The notes under the pieces are model-generated. The model was not told the DNA's origin. It saw only the letters and a list, made by a program, of their open reading frames with translations, and did not search any database. The position numbers were made by a program, and so were the translations under genes. Shown here in pieces: positions 20,852-30,669 of a DNA stretch of 54,757 nt (positions are counted from its first letter, which is position 1; each line of letters begins with the position of its first letter). Origin of the DNA: Candidatus Pacearchaeota archaeon (lineage in GTDB: Archaea; Nanobdellota; Nanobdellia; Pacearchaeales; GW2011-AR1); NCBI GenBank assembly GCA_017608705.1, contig JAFCFJ010000004.1:1-54757 (forward strand), read 5' to 3'.

Positions 20852-21710
20852 CATGCGGGAATGCAATTCCAAGTAGCTCGCACGCCTTACATATCTCGCG
20901 TCTTGATGGCTCGCCACATTTCTTACAATATCTTAGCTTTTCTATCCTGTCGCTCAGCTTATTTCTCATTTTTTCTATCAGCTTGAGGTTATTCATAACA
21001 ATGTTAAGCTTCTTTTCCTTGCTCATACCACTCAAGAATTTTCGCGCTTCTAGCCTGTAGCTCTCAAGCAAGCATGGACATTTTTCATACACCACAGGCA
21101 GTTTCAGCATTTTGGTATAGCGTGTTGTTTCCTTGTTTGTTACAAAGTAAAGTGGTTTTATTCTCGGAACAAATTTTTTATCACGTATTATGCCCACCAA
21201 AGGCCCGGATGTTAAACTCAGCATAGGGCTACCCTTGAAAAAATTGATCAGGGCAGTCTCTGCTTCATCATCAAGATTGTGGCCAGTAGCGAGCTTGTCA
21301 GCCTTCATCTTTCTCGCTTCTCTATTTATCACCCACTTCTTGACTATACCACAGACAGCACAGTTATTCAGCCTGAGCTTTGACTGGACACCAAGTCTTA
21401 TATAGCACATTCTGGCACCAAAGTGCTCTACCATCTTATAAACCCTTAGCTTTATACCATAGTCTTGACAAAACTGCTTTACAGCGTGAAAACATTTTTC
21501 GCTATACTTACCAAGCCCAAGATCTATATGGAATGCTTTCACTTCATAGCCAAATTTCTCGAGAAGATATGCTACTGTTGTCGAATCCTTACCGCCAGAC
21601 ATAGCCACTACAACGCTCTCATTTTTACTAAGCAAGCCATACTTCTTTATTGTTTCCTTCACTGTATTCTCAAACTTTACAAGAAATCTTTCTTTTTTCA
21701 TTTTCTTCAA
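20841..21710 (-). CDS. ttuA: tRNA 2-thiolation protein, TtuA/Ncs6 family
   Basis: PP-loop SGGKDS, CAVC, ATGHNLDDEAE, RIKPL, CP, C-terminal CKKC..CKAC; N-terminal Zn finger absent. Confidence 0.88.
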   Translation of the reverse strand: MKKMKKERFLVKFENTVKETIKKYGLLSKNESVVVAMSGGKDSTTVAYLLEKFGYEVKAFHIDLGLGKYSEKCFHAVKQFCQDYGIKLRVYKMVEHFGARMCYIRLGVQSKLRLNNCAVCGIVKKWVINREARKMKADKLATGHNLDDEAETALINFFKGSPMLSLTSGPLVGIIRDKKFVPRIKPLYFVTNKETTRYTKMLKLPVVYEKCPCLLESYRLEARKFLSGMSKEKKLNIVMNNLKLIEKMRNKLSDRIEKLRYCKKCGEPSRREICKACELLGIAFPHAKP

Positions 21711-21979
21711 TCATTATGCTTCTTTTCTCTATTTACAGCATCCTTACCCAAATTTTGAATAAAGAATATCTTCTTGTGGCCATGGACAAGCTTCTCCAGT
21801 TCGCTGAGCTCTTTTACAAAACCAGTTGTTTCCAGCTCTACTTTTTCACCTCTCGCGATTGCTTCTTCCATTAGCTCCTTCACCTGCTCTATGCCAAGGG
21901 CATAAGCATAGCCACCGTTTTTATAATCAATTCGGCAATATAGCTTGCCTTCATAAATTTGTATTGGTTTGATTTTCAT
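21707..21979 (-). CDS. Hypothetical protein in the isc-ttuA operon
   Basis: Overlaps the iscU end and has an ATGA overlap with ttuA. Confidence 0.6.
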   Translation of the reverse strand: MKIKPIQIYEGKLYCRIDYKNGGYAYALGIEQVKELMEEAIARGEKVELETTGFVKELSELEKLVHGHKKIFFIQNLGKDAVNREKKHND

Positions 21980-22394
21980 CTTTTCTCCTTTTTGCTCTTA
22001 CCTTTTTCTTCTTTTCATAATCTTCTATCGCTTTGTGCAACGCATCAGCTGCAAGATTAGAGCAATGCATCTTTATTGGCGGCAAGCCATCGAGCGCGTC
22101 AGCAATATCTTTCCTGCTTAATTTTTTTGCCTCCTTCAGCGTTTTACCTTTTGCTAATTCTGTAAGCATGCTGCTCGTGGCTATTGCTGCGGCACAGCCC
22201 ATTGTCTGGAATTTTATATCCTTGATATATTCCTCTTCGCCTTTTTTTGTTTTTCTCTTTCCTACCTTGATATAGACCCACATTATATCACCGCACACAG
22301 GATTTCCAACTTTTCCTGTGCCATCAGCATTCTTGATCTCGCCAACATTTTTTGGATTGGTGAAGTGCTCTATTACCTTCTTGCTATATTTCAT
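21951..22394 (-). CDS. iscU: Fe-S scaffold IscU/MisU
   Basis: YS.KV..HF.NP.NVG, GNPVCGD, GCAAAIA, LPPIKMHCS. Confidence 0.96.
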   Translation of the reverse strand: MKYSKKVIEHFTNPKNVGEIKNADGTGKVGNPVCGDIMWVYIKVGKRKTKKGEEEYIKDIKFQTMGCAAAIATSSMLTELAKGKTLKEAKKLSRKDIADALDGLPPIKMHCSNLAADALHKAIEDYEKKKKVRAKRRKDENQTNTNL

Positions 22395-22642
22395 TTTTTC
22401 TCTTTTAGTTTTTTATTCAGTAATTTCACAATCTCGTCAGGATCAAGGCCGTGAGCAATACAGCCCTGCTCTATTGTTTCTTGCATTGCCATCGGACAGC
22501 CTACACAAGCCATACCTTTTTCCATCAGGAGCATTGCCGCTTCCGGATATTTCTGCAAGAGTTCCTGGAATGTCATTTCTTTGCTTATTCTTTCTTTCTC
22601 AAATTTCTTAGCACTGTTCTTGTTTTTCATTTGGTCCTTCAT
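22391..22642 (-). CDS. DUF1858 domain protein
   Basis: I.KEMT..ELL.KYPE...L...GM.CVGCP....ETIEQG...HG. Confidence 0.88.
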   Translation of the reverse strand: MKDQMKNKNSAKKFEKERISKEMTFQELLQKYPEAAMLLMEKGMACVGCPMAMQETIEQGCIAHGLDPDEIVKLLNKKLKEKK

Positions 22643-23796
22643 TTAAACGGGCTTATTCTCCTTAGTTTTCTTACGCTCTCTTCTATGGCAGAGGTAACGT
22701 ATTCTATCTCGTCTTCGGTAAGAGGATAAGCCAGAGTAAGTCTCAGAGAACCATGTGCCTCAAGCTCGCTCAGACCGAGAGCAAGCAACACATGACTGGG
22801 CTCGAGTTTGTGCGAAGAACATGCAGAGCCAGTAGAGCAAGCTATGCCTTTTTTATCAAGCATCAATACAAGAGCTTCGCCCTCTATACCTTGAAACGAC
22901 ACATTGATGTTGTTGAAAATCCGTTTTTCTTTGCTTCCATTAAGCCTTACACCTTGTATCTCGAGCAGCCTCTCTAGTAGTTTGTTTCTTGTCTTCTCTA
23001 TGTTTTTGTATTCATTGCCAGAAATTTTTTTAACAGCGATTTCACTTGCCTTTCCTAAGCCCACTATTCCTGCTGTATTTTCTGTACCGCTCCTTAGCCC
23101 TTGTTCATGGCCCCCACCACTTAGCAGTGCTTTCAGCTTTACACCATTACGCACATAGAGAGCGCCAACACCTTTCGGTCCGAAAAGCTTGTGCGCGGAT
23201 ATGCTCAACAAATCCACCTTTATTTTTTTCATATCAAGTTTCAATTTTCCAAAACTTTGGACAGCATCTGTATGGAAATAAATGCCATGCTCTTGGCATA
23301 TTTTTGCAATCTTCTTTATGGGCTGTATCGTGCCAATTTCGTTATTAATATGCATTATGGAAACAAGCAGAGTTTCATCTCGTATCTCTTGCTCTAGCCT
23401 GTCAAGATCTACAATTCCTTCACTATCTACAGGTATGTAACTCACATCATATCCTTGCTTTTCTAGTGTTTTGCATGTTTCAAGCACAGCAGGATGCTCT
23501 ATTGCGCTCGTTATTATGTGCTTCTTGTCAGGATGTGCAAGCGCTAGCCCTTCTATCGCAAGATTGTCCGCTTCTGTTCCGCCACTTGTAAATACTATCT
23601 CCTCGGGCTTAGCATTTATCACGCCGGCAACTTTTTCTCTTGCCTTCTCAATAGCTTCTCTTGCCTCACGCCCAAAAGCATGCAAGCTTGATGCATTACC
23701 AAAACGTTCGCTAAAATACGGCAGCATTGCATCTAGCACCTCTCTCGCTACAGGCGTTGTTGCAGCCGCATCCAGATAGATTTTTTTAGTTTTCAT
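22639..23796 (-). CDS. iscS: Cysteine desulfurase IscS/MisS
   Basis: YLDAAATTP, FTSGGTEA, EHPAV, HTDAVQ, SAHKLFGPKG (PLP Lys), STGSACSS. Confidence 0.97.
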   Translation of the reverse strand: MKTKKIYLDAAATTPVAREVLDAMLPYFSERFGNASSLHAFGREAREAIEKAREKVAGVINAKPEEIVFTSGGTEADNLAIEGLALAHPDKKHIITSAIEHPAVLETCKTLEKQGYDVSYIPVDSEGIVDLDRLEQEIRDETLLVSIMHINNEIGTIQPIKKIAKICQEHGIYFHTDAVQSFGKLKLDMKKIKVDLLSISAHKLFGPKGVGALYVRNGVKLKALLSGGGHEQGLRSGTENTAGIVGLGKASEIAVKKISGNEYKNIEKTRNKLLERLLEIQGVRLNGSKEKRIFNNINVSFQGIEGEALVLMLDKKGIACSTGSACSSHKLEPSHVLLALGLSELEAHGSLRLTLAYPLTEDEIEYVTSAIEESVRKLRRISPFK

Positions 23797-23835
23797 TTTC
23801 CAAAACTTGTGCTTTTATTTTGTATTTTCAACATT

Positions 23836-24201
23836 TCAGTAGATTGGTCTCATACCACATTTTTTTATTATCCCTTCATTATATTTCTTGCATATCTCAC
23901 ACGAAAATCCAGATTTTTTCATCAAGCCAAGCAGGCGTAGCATTTCTTTTACTGCAAGCTTCTCGTTTCTTGCTATCCTTATTGCACTTTTTTCTATTTC
24001 CTGCTTTATCTTGTCAGGAAACTTTATCCCTCTCGCTCTTTTTCTACTCAAATATTGCGATACTGCAGCCTTGCTTACACCAAGTATCTCGCCCGCCTTT
24101 TCATAGCTCAACCCATGCTTTCTCGTAAGCAATCTTGCCAGCTCACGCCGTATTGCAGGAATTAAGTACCAAACTTCTATTTCCTGTGGTAACGCATACA
24201 T
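23836..24201 (-). CDS. HTH transcriptional regulator (COG2522-like) with C-terminal Cys residues
   Basis: PQEIEVWYLIPAIRRELA..AGEILGVSKAAVSQYL..KRA; CEIC..C. Confidence 0.85.
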   Translation of the reverse strand: MYALPQEIEVWYLIPAIRRELARLLTRKHGLSYEKAGEILGVSKAAVSQYLSRKRARGIKFPDKIKQEIEKSAIRIARNEKLAVKEMLRLLGLMKKSGFSCEICKKYNEGIIKKCGMRPIY

Positions 24202-24218
24202 GTTAACGATAGTTAACA
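24201..24218. promoter_or_regulatory. Palindromic operator TGTTAAC-N4-GTTAACA
   Basis: Perfect 7-bp inverted repeat between the minus-strand TATA (about 24222-24229) and the regulator start codon. Confidence 0.6.
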
Positions 24219-24256
24219 GAAGTTTAAAAGCTTTTTGCTACACGCCTGAAATTTTT

Positions 24257-24801
24257 TTATCGTGCCAGATACAAAGGGATAGGAAACTGGGAGAATTCTT
24301 CAAGCAAGTTTGTTCCATAAATTAGTCTTGATAGAGCTTCAGCCTCAAGCTTAGCATCTTCCAATGCGTTGTGTTTTCCTTGTCGTTTTGGCAAGGCAAC
24401 ATACTCTAAGATTTTATCGAGGCTCATGGCACTTACACCACAACCGTTGATGAGTTCTGGTGTTTTATCCCGGGACAAGAGCCTTGCATAACACACGCTA
24501 TGGAGGTCAACCACGCGGTATTTCTCAAGCCATGCTGGCACATACAAGCCAGCCCGTTTCATATTGGTAACAAGAAACTCACGGTCAAAAAATACATTTT
24601 GTCCAGCGAGGGTTTTGTCTTCGATAGCATCGGCCCATGAAAGAAAATTTTCAACTAATGTACTGAAGTGCTGCTTGCTTGCAAACTCTTCTATTGTGAA
24701 ACCATTTATCTCTACCGCCTCCTGTGTTATTTCGCTTCCATCCAACGGTTTGCATTCACCATAAAATACCCTGCTGTGGTTTCAAGGTCAAGCACGATCA
24801 T
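24257..24801 (-). CDS. DEDDh 3'-5' exonuclease, frameshifted/deleted near 24776
   Basis: ATG 24801 gives MIVLDLETT (ExoI). Another frame then gives SRVFYGEC..GQNVFFD..VDLHS..HNALEDA (ExoII/III). Confidence 0.85.
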
Positions 24802-24897
24802 TGTGATTTTTGTATTATCATAATAGTTTTATAAATCTAACTCAGGCTCGCTTCACCGGAATAAATCAGAATAATAAAAATAAAAAGAAACAAAAAG

Positions 24898-25086
24898 CTA
24901 GCTTACGGTTATGGCTTGCACAGGACATTCGTTCGCAGCTTCTTTCGCCTTTTCTGCGAGTTCATCACTTATTTCTTCTTGCTTCGCATAGCTTTTGCCA
25001 TCGCGAAGCTCAAAGATCTCTGGCGCAATAGCAACACAGGCACCACAGCCAATACATTTTTCCTTATCAACTGTCACTTTTGCCAT
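24898..25086 (-). CDS. Ferredoxin (single 4Fe-4S/3Fe-4S)
   Basis: CIGCGAC...CPVQAI. Confidence 0.95.
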   Translation of the reverse strand: MAKVTVDKEKCIGCGACVAIAPEIFELRDGKSYAKQEEISDELAEKAKEAANECPVQAITVS

Positions 25087-25172
25087 ATATACTCGCGTGT
25101 AATTGTATATTTAAAATTAGCGCACTTGTGCTTTTTCAGAAAATATTTAAATCTTCTCCACCTTGGCCAAGT

Positions 25173-26066
25173 ATGAGCATGATAAGTATGCCAGCTGAAA
25201 TAAGGAAAAACAAACTTAAATCTGCTTTGTTGCTTGCAAGCATCTTGGGTATTTTTATCTTGCTTGCCTATCTTGTGTCGCGTGTGCTTGCACCTTCATA
25301 TTTCTTCATCATTATGTCGCTCGCCATAGTTTTCTCTCTTGCCTATGTGGTACTTGGTTACTATAATGCAGACCGCATAGCTCTTGCTGCTGTTCATGCC
25401 AAGCCAGCGACAAGAGAGCAGTATTGTGAGTTGTATGAAATTGTTGAGAAACTGTGCAAAAAAGCAAAGTTACCAAAGCCAAGGCTGTATGTTATGCAAA
25501 GCCCACAAATCAATGCCTTCGCTACTGGTCGCTCTCCCGAACACGCGGCAATATGCATAACTACGGGTTGCGTCAAAAAACTGAGCAAAGAAGAGCTTGA
25601 AGGTGTGCTTGCCCATGAACTAAGCCACATTGCGAATTTTGATATAAGATTTATGACACTAACAGCTGTGCTTGTTGGTCTTGTTTCGATACTAGCCCAG
25701 ATTTTTCTCCGTAGCTTGTGGTTTTCATCTCTTGACGATAGAAATGAGCGCAACGGCTTGCTTTTTATAATCGCGATACTGCTTGCAATTCTTGCGCCAA
25801 TAGCAACACAGCTTGTCCAGCTTGCAATTTCACGCCGTCGCGAATTTCTTGCTGATACAAACGCGGCAAGGCTTGGCGAGGCTCGTGGCTTGAGAAATGC
25901 TTTGGTTAAAATAAAATATGATGTAGCGGAAACTCCGAAGCGTGTGGTTCCAGCATTAGCTCCATTGTTCATAGCAAATCCATTCAAGAAAGCGAGCATG
26001 CTGTTGAGTACACATCCACCCATAGATGCACGCATAAAACTACTGGAACAGCTTAGCAAGGCATGA
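25173..26066 (+). CDS. htpX: HtpX-like M48 zinc metalloprotease
   Basis: NAFATG, LAHELSH, SRRREFLAD, STHPP..RI; TM helices; likely start ATG 25173 or one of the next Met codons. Confidence 0.93.
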   Translation: MSMISMPAEIRKNKLKSALLLASILGIFILLAYLVSRVLAPSYFFIIMSLAIVFSLAYVVLGYYNADRIALAAVHAKPATREQYCELYEIVEKLCKKAKLPKPRLYVMQSPQINAFATGRSPEHAAICITTGCVKKLSKEELEGVLAHELSHIANFDIRFMTLTAVLVGLVSILAQIFLRSLWFSSLDDRNERNGLLFIIAILLAILAPIATQLVQLAISRRREFLADTNAARLGEARGLRNALVKIKYDVAETPKRVVPALAPLFIANPFKKASMLLSTHPPIDARIKLLEQLSKA

Positions 26067-26131
26067 TACTGAATGAAAAATATTTTTTTGAGAACAACAA
26101 ACTATTTTAATTAACTGGCTTCTCGTTTGTA

Positions 26132-27802
26132 ATGGAGAATTTTTCTGGCATTCCTGAAGGCTACAAAAGAGGCGTGACAAAATATATTGTAGTGACAGGA
26201 AGCGTTATTTCTGGTGTTGGCAAGGGCACTTTCACGTCAAGTCTCGCCACCTTGTTCAGGTTTTATGGCTTACGTGTTAGCATGCTGAAATTTGACGGCT
26301 ATCTCAATGTAGATGCTGGAACCCTTAACCCATACAGACATGGTGAAGTGTTTGTGCTTGCAGATGGCACAGAAACAGATCTTGACTTGGGTAGTTATGA
26401 GCGCGCGTTACACCAGGAACTAAGCAAGGACAACTATCTCACTGCTGGGAAGATTTTCAAGCACATAATAGAGAAGGAACGTAAGGGCCTATACTTAGGC
26501 AGAGATGTTCAGTTTGTGCCCCATGTGACAGGCGAGATAAAATATTTCATAAGAAAGCTTGCGATGAAAACAAAAGCACAGGTCCTTATAATAGAAGTTG
26601 GCGGTACTGTCGGGGACATAGAGAACTCATATTTTATCGAGGCCATGCGCCAGCTCAGACATGAGGAAGGACGCGAGAACGTGCTTTTTATCAACGTAAC
26701 CTATATCATAGAGCCAGAACACCTTGATGAGCAAAAAAGCAAGGCAGCACAGCTCGGCATCCTACGCTTAATGAGCCTCGGCATACAACCAGATTTCATA
26801 GTTTGTCGTGTAAGCAGAGGGCTGGAGAACAATGTGCGAGAGAAGATAAGTATTGTTGCAAGCTTACCAGAGCAAAATGTTATTGCTCTGCATGATTTTG
26901 ACAGCATATATGAAGTTCCATTATATCTGGAAAAGCAGGGGATAGGCCGGGCGATGTTGAGATATTTTAGGATAAGAGCAAAACCAGATAAAAAATTTCG
27001 TCATGCATGGCTTAGATTCTTACAAGGCTTGAGAAATCCACAGCACGAGATCAGGATAGCAATTGCTGGTAAGTACACAGACGTGCATGATTCATACTTG
27101 AGTATTCTCAAAGCACTTGAGCATGCATCGGCGAAACTTCGTTGCGGTATTAGCATAAAATGGCTCGAAACTACAGAGCTTGATAATGCCACTCATGATG
27201 AAATCGCAAAAAAACTTGCAAACATTCATGCTTTGCTTATTCCTGGTGGTTTCGGCAAGCGAGGCAGTGAGGGCAAGATAAAATGCATTCGCTATGCAAG
27301 AATGCATGGTTTGCCTTTTCTCGGCTTATGTTTTGGTTTTCAGCTCGCTGTGATAGAGTTTGCGCGTAATGTATGCAAGCTCGATGCGAACAGCACAGAA
27401 CTTGACCCTAAGTGCAGAGAGCCAGTGATAGACCTCTTGCCAGAACAAAAGAATATAAGCGAGCTTGGCGGTACCATGCGTCTTGGCGCACGAGAAATTT
27501 TGATAAAAGAGAGAACACTTGCTCATAAGATTTACCAGAAGAAAATTATAAAGGAACGCTTTAGACATCGCTACGAGGTGAATCCTGCTTACGTTCCTTT
27601 GCTCGAAGACCATGGACTTGTATTTAGTGGCGTAGCGAAAGAGGATAAGAGGATAATGCAAATTCTTGAATTACCAAGACATAGATTCTTTTTTGCGACA
27701 CAATTTCATCCAGAATATAGCTCATGGCCACTTAGGCCAAGCCCCGCTTTTGTAGAATTTGTTAATGCTGCCATGAAATATGCCAAGGAAAATTCCCATT
27801 AA
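26132..27802 (+). CDS. pyrG: CTP synthase
   Basis: GSVISGVGKG, HGEVFV..DG.ETDLDLG, GGTVGDIE, PGGFG, GLCFG, TQFHPE. Confidence 0.98.
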   Translation: MENFSGIPEGYKRGVTKYIVVTGSVISGVGKGTFTSSLATLFRFYGLRVSMLKFDGYLNVDAGTLNPYRHGEVFVLADGTETDLDLGSYERALHQELSKDNYLTAGKIFKHIIEKERKGLYLGRDVQFVPHVTGEIKYFIRKLAMKTKAQVLIIEVGGTVGDIENSYFIEAMRQLRHEEGRENVLFINVTYIIEPEHLDEQKSKAAQLGILRLMSLGIQPDFIVCRVSRGLENNVREKISIVASLPEQNVIALHDFDSIYEVPLYLEKQGIGRAMLRYFRIRAKPDKKFRHAWLRFLQGLRNPQHEIRIAIAGKYTDVHDSYLSILKALEHASAKLRCGISIKWLETTELDNATHDEIAKKLANIHALLIPGGFGKRGSEGKIKCIRYARMHGLPFLGLCFGFQLAVIEFARNVCKLDANSTELDPKCREPVIDLLPEQKNISELGGTMRLGAREILIKERTLAHKIYQKKIIKERFRHRYEVNPAYVPLLEDHGLVFSGVAKEDKRIMQILELPRHRFFFATQFHPEYSSWPLRPSPAFVEFVNAAMKYAKENSH

Positions 27803-27894
27803 CTACCTGAAAAAGAGGAAAAATTTTGGAAAATTTTAAATAGTTTTTATCGGCTAAATATCTATCCTTGAAAGGAGGTAAAAAAGAGGTGAGA

Positions 27895-28431
27895 ATGGAT
27901 CTAGGAAAAAAAGTACTTAGCACGTTTCTTGTTGGTGGATTGGCTGGGTCGGTAATGGCGAATTCGCTTGCAGATAATCCGTTAGTAGGGTTCATAAAAG
28001 GTGCTGTTAAGTTTCCGTTCAGGGTTGCGAAAGCTATCGTGGTTGAGCCTATGAAAGGTGCGGAGAATGGAACAAAGACCGTGCCTGTTGTAGGGACAGT
28101 GCTTGGTGCAGCTAGTGGCATTGGCAGAGGAGCTGTCTATGGTGTCGTTGATGGAATAGAAGGTTGGGGACGGGATACAATAGGTGATCCAGTACCTATA
28201 GCAGACTATGGCGAGGCAGTTAACTTTATCGAAGAACGCCCGCTGCTTAAGTACGCATGTACAGTTGCAGGAAGTGCAGCTGTAGGTGGCATTATAGGTC
28301 ATAACCATGTGGATATCAAAGAGCTCGATGTGGTATCAAGCTATGACCAGCTAGACGAAGGCCTTGGTTGGGGCGCGGCAGTCGGAGTTGTTGGCGGCGC
28401 TTGTGAATACTATGGAGAACAACAGCCATAA
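27895..28431 (+). CDS. Hypothetical secreted/membrane protein with glycine-zipper segments
   Basis: RBS GAGGTGA before ATG 27895; signal-like N-terminus; GxxxG-rich stretches; U-rich terminator after the stop. Confidence 0.7.
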   Translation: MDLGKKVLSTFLVGGLAGSVMANSLADNPLVGFIKGAVKFPFRVAKAIVVEPMKGAENGTKTVPVVGTVLGAASGIGRGAVYGVVDGIEGWGRDTIGDPVPIADYGEAVNFIEERPLLKYACTVAGSAAVGGIIGHNHVDIKELDVVSSYDQLDEGLGWGAAVGVVGGACEYYGEQQP

Positions 28432-28633
28432 TTTTTCTTTTTTTACTTCTTTTTTTACCACAGAAAAATATTTAAACCCCTGATCATTAAAGAAAAATAT
28501 GAACTATATGGGAGCAAGGTTGTGTTTGAACTATTTCTATCTAGCCAAGCTCCCAAAATTCACAGTTAAGTGTTTTGTCCTGTAAATCTCTTTTTGTGTT
28601 CCCGGTTCAGGGCATTTTTTGTTTGATGATAAA

Positions 28634-28993
28634 ATGGTGCGGGAAAATTATTGGATGTGTGTTGAATGTGATGAGGCTATTTATAATCCTATTTGTCCAT
28701 CATGTCTTGTAAAAGAGATTTCTGTATGGCTCAAGAAATATCCACGACTATGGCGAAAGGTGATAATAGAGTTGAACAGGTATATAACTCAAGCCCTTAG
28801 ATTATACAAATCGGCGACTAAGTGCGTGGCATGTGGGAATAATACAACATTCCTTTGTCCTTACTGCTTTACCGCTTACACATTACAAGTTTTAAAAAAC
28901 AACAAGGCAAGTAAGATTGTATTGCGTGAATTCGTAGAATTATTCAATTTTGATTTTGAACATACGAATGAGGAATTCTGGCCGAATAACTAA
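28634..28993 (+). CDS. Cys-rich (4x CxxC) putative Zn-binding protein
   Basis: CVEC, CPSC, CVAC, CPYC. Confidence 0.75.
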   Translation: MVRENYWMCVECDEAIYNPICPSCLVKEISVWLKKYPRLWRKVIIELNRYITQALRLYKSATKCVACGNNTTFLCPYCFTAYTLQVLKNNKASKIVLREFVELFNFDFEHTNEEFWPNN

Positions 28994-29024
28994 GTTTTAA
29001 AAACAGCGTAGCGTCCTTTTTTCT

Positions 29025-29999
29025 ATGGTGAAAAAAACAGCTAAGGCATTGGTATTATTTTCAGGCGGTCTGGATAGCAGGCTTGCTGTCAAGCTATTGC
29101 AGGAGCAAGGCATTAAGGTAGTAGGGATATTTTTCGTATTGCCTTTCGGCGGTGGCTGCTGTAATGATAGATTTTGCGCCTTCAAATTTTCACAAGAGCA
29201 AGGATTCAAGCTTTACATCGTGGATTGTAGCAAGGGCAGGAATTTCCAAGAATATCTTGCTATTATACGCAAGCCAAAATATCCACGCGGTACAGGCATG
29301 AATCCTTGCATAGATTGTCGTGTATTTATGCTTAAAAAAGCTAAACAGCTTGCCAAAAAGCTTAATGCAGATTTTATCGCTACGGGCGAGGTTCTTGGCG
29401 AGAGGCCTCTTTCGCAAAATATGAAAGCTTTACGAATTGTTGAAAAAGAAGCTGGACTCGAGGGCAAACTTCTTAGACCGCTATCAGCAAAATTGCTTCC
29501 GCCAACAGAGGCAGAAAAGCAGGGGCTTGTAGAAAGAGAGAAACTTCTGGATATAAAAGGGAGACAGCGCAAGAAACAAATTGAACTTGCCAAGAGATAC
29601 AGAATTGACTTTCCGAATCCCGCAGGCGGTTGTTTGCTCTGTGACAAAGCTTTTTCATTACGTCTTGCAGACTTATTCAAACATAGAAAAAAAATAACGC
29701 CGAGAGACATCGAGCTGTTGAAGATTGGCAGGCATTTTCGTGTTCATGGCAAGATTGTGCTTGGCAGGAATAAGCAAGAGAATGACATGCTTGAAATGCT
29801 CAAGGGTGATAATATTTTGATCGTACCAGAGAAGCCCGGACCAAGCGCACTGGTTAAGGATAAGCGTGATGTAGAAATTGCCAAAGAAATGATAGCTGCT
29901 TATTCCAAGTATGGCAAAGGAAGAGAAAAATTTGATAAATACAGGATTGATCTGGTGGCTGAAACCAAGAACAAAGGCAAAGGCGAGCGGGAAAGGTAA
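29025..29999 (+). CDS. PP-loop tRNA sulfurtransferase-like protein (ThiI/MnmA-related, no THUMP domain)
   Basis: LFSGGLDS, NPCIDCR, TGEVLGERP.SQ, LLRPLSAK, PAGGCLL, GRHFR. Confidence 0.82.
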   Translation: MVKKTAKALVLFSGGLDSRLAVKLLQEQGIKVVGIFFVLPFGGGCCNDRFCAFKFSQEQGFKLYIVDCSKGRNFQEYLAIIRKPKYPRGTGMNPCIDCRVFMLKKAKQLAKKLNADFIATGEVLGERPLSQNMKALRIVEKEAGLEGKLLRPLSAKLLPPTEAEKQGLVEREKLLDIKGRQRKKQIELAKRYRIDFPNPAGGCLLCDKAFSLRLADLFKHRKKITPRDIELLKIGRHFRVHGKIVLGRNKQENDMLEMLKGDNILIVPEKPGPSALVKDKRDVEIAKEMIAAYSKYGKGREKFDKYRIDLVAETKNKGKGERER

Positions 30000-30010
30000 C
30001 GAGATGAAAA

Positions 30011-30664
30011 ATGTGCAAAAGATGTGAGATGTTGCCTGTATGGGAATTCACGAACAAGCGCAAGCTCTGTGCAAGCTGCTTTTCACGCTATTTCGAGAAA
30101 AAATTTCTTAACACAGTAAGAAAATTCAAACTATTTTCAGCTTGCGATAAAGTACAAGTTAAGTGTGAAAGTGAAGATAAACTTTCAGAAATAAAAAGGC
30201 AGACACTGAGCTTTGTCTTGGAAAAAATGAGAGCAAAACTTAACATAGCACTTGTCAAGAGAAATGCCACTAAAAAAGCAAGCGTGGATAGTGTTGACAA
30301 TATTGCCTCTTGCCTCCTGGATTGCTTTGTTAATAAAAGGCTGAGGAACATGAAAAGATGTGGACCAATTAGGAAGGAAAAAATAGGCAAAAGATGGATT
30401 ACTATTGTTAAGCCTTTTTACCTATTTCTTGATGCTGAAATCCTGCTGTATGCTAAAATAAAAAAAATTGTGAAGCCAAATATTCTTCAACAATGGCCTT
30501 TCAGGCCAGGAGAAAGTTTTATGCTCTCTGGATTACGTGAAGTGGGGGAAAGCAAGAACAAGATGAGAAAAAAACTTCTATTATTCCTCGATGAGCTTGA
30601 GAAAAAACACCCAGAAGTTAAGCATGCGATTGTGCAGGGGTATCTCAGTGTTTACGTTACATAG
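30011..30664 (+). CDS. Degenerate TtuA/Ncs6-like paralogue lacking the PP-loop
   Basis: N-terminal CKRC..LCASCF..YFEKK..TVRKF Zn finger; IVKPFYLF..EI..YA; LDELEKKHP.VK; no SGGKDS. Confidence 0.7.
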   Translation: MCKRCEMLPVWEFTNKRKLCASCFSRYFEKKFLNTVRKFKLFSACDKVQVKCESEDKLSEIKRQTLSFVLEKMRAKLNIALVKRNATKKASVDSVDNIASCLLDCFVNKRLRNMKRCGPIRKEKIGKRWITIVKPFYLFLDAEILLYAKIKKIVKPNILQQWPFRPGESFMLSGLREVGESKNKMRKKLLLFLDELEKKHPEVKHAIVQGYLSVYVT

Positions 30665-30669
30665 TAAAG

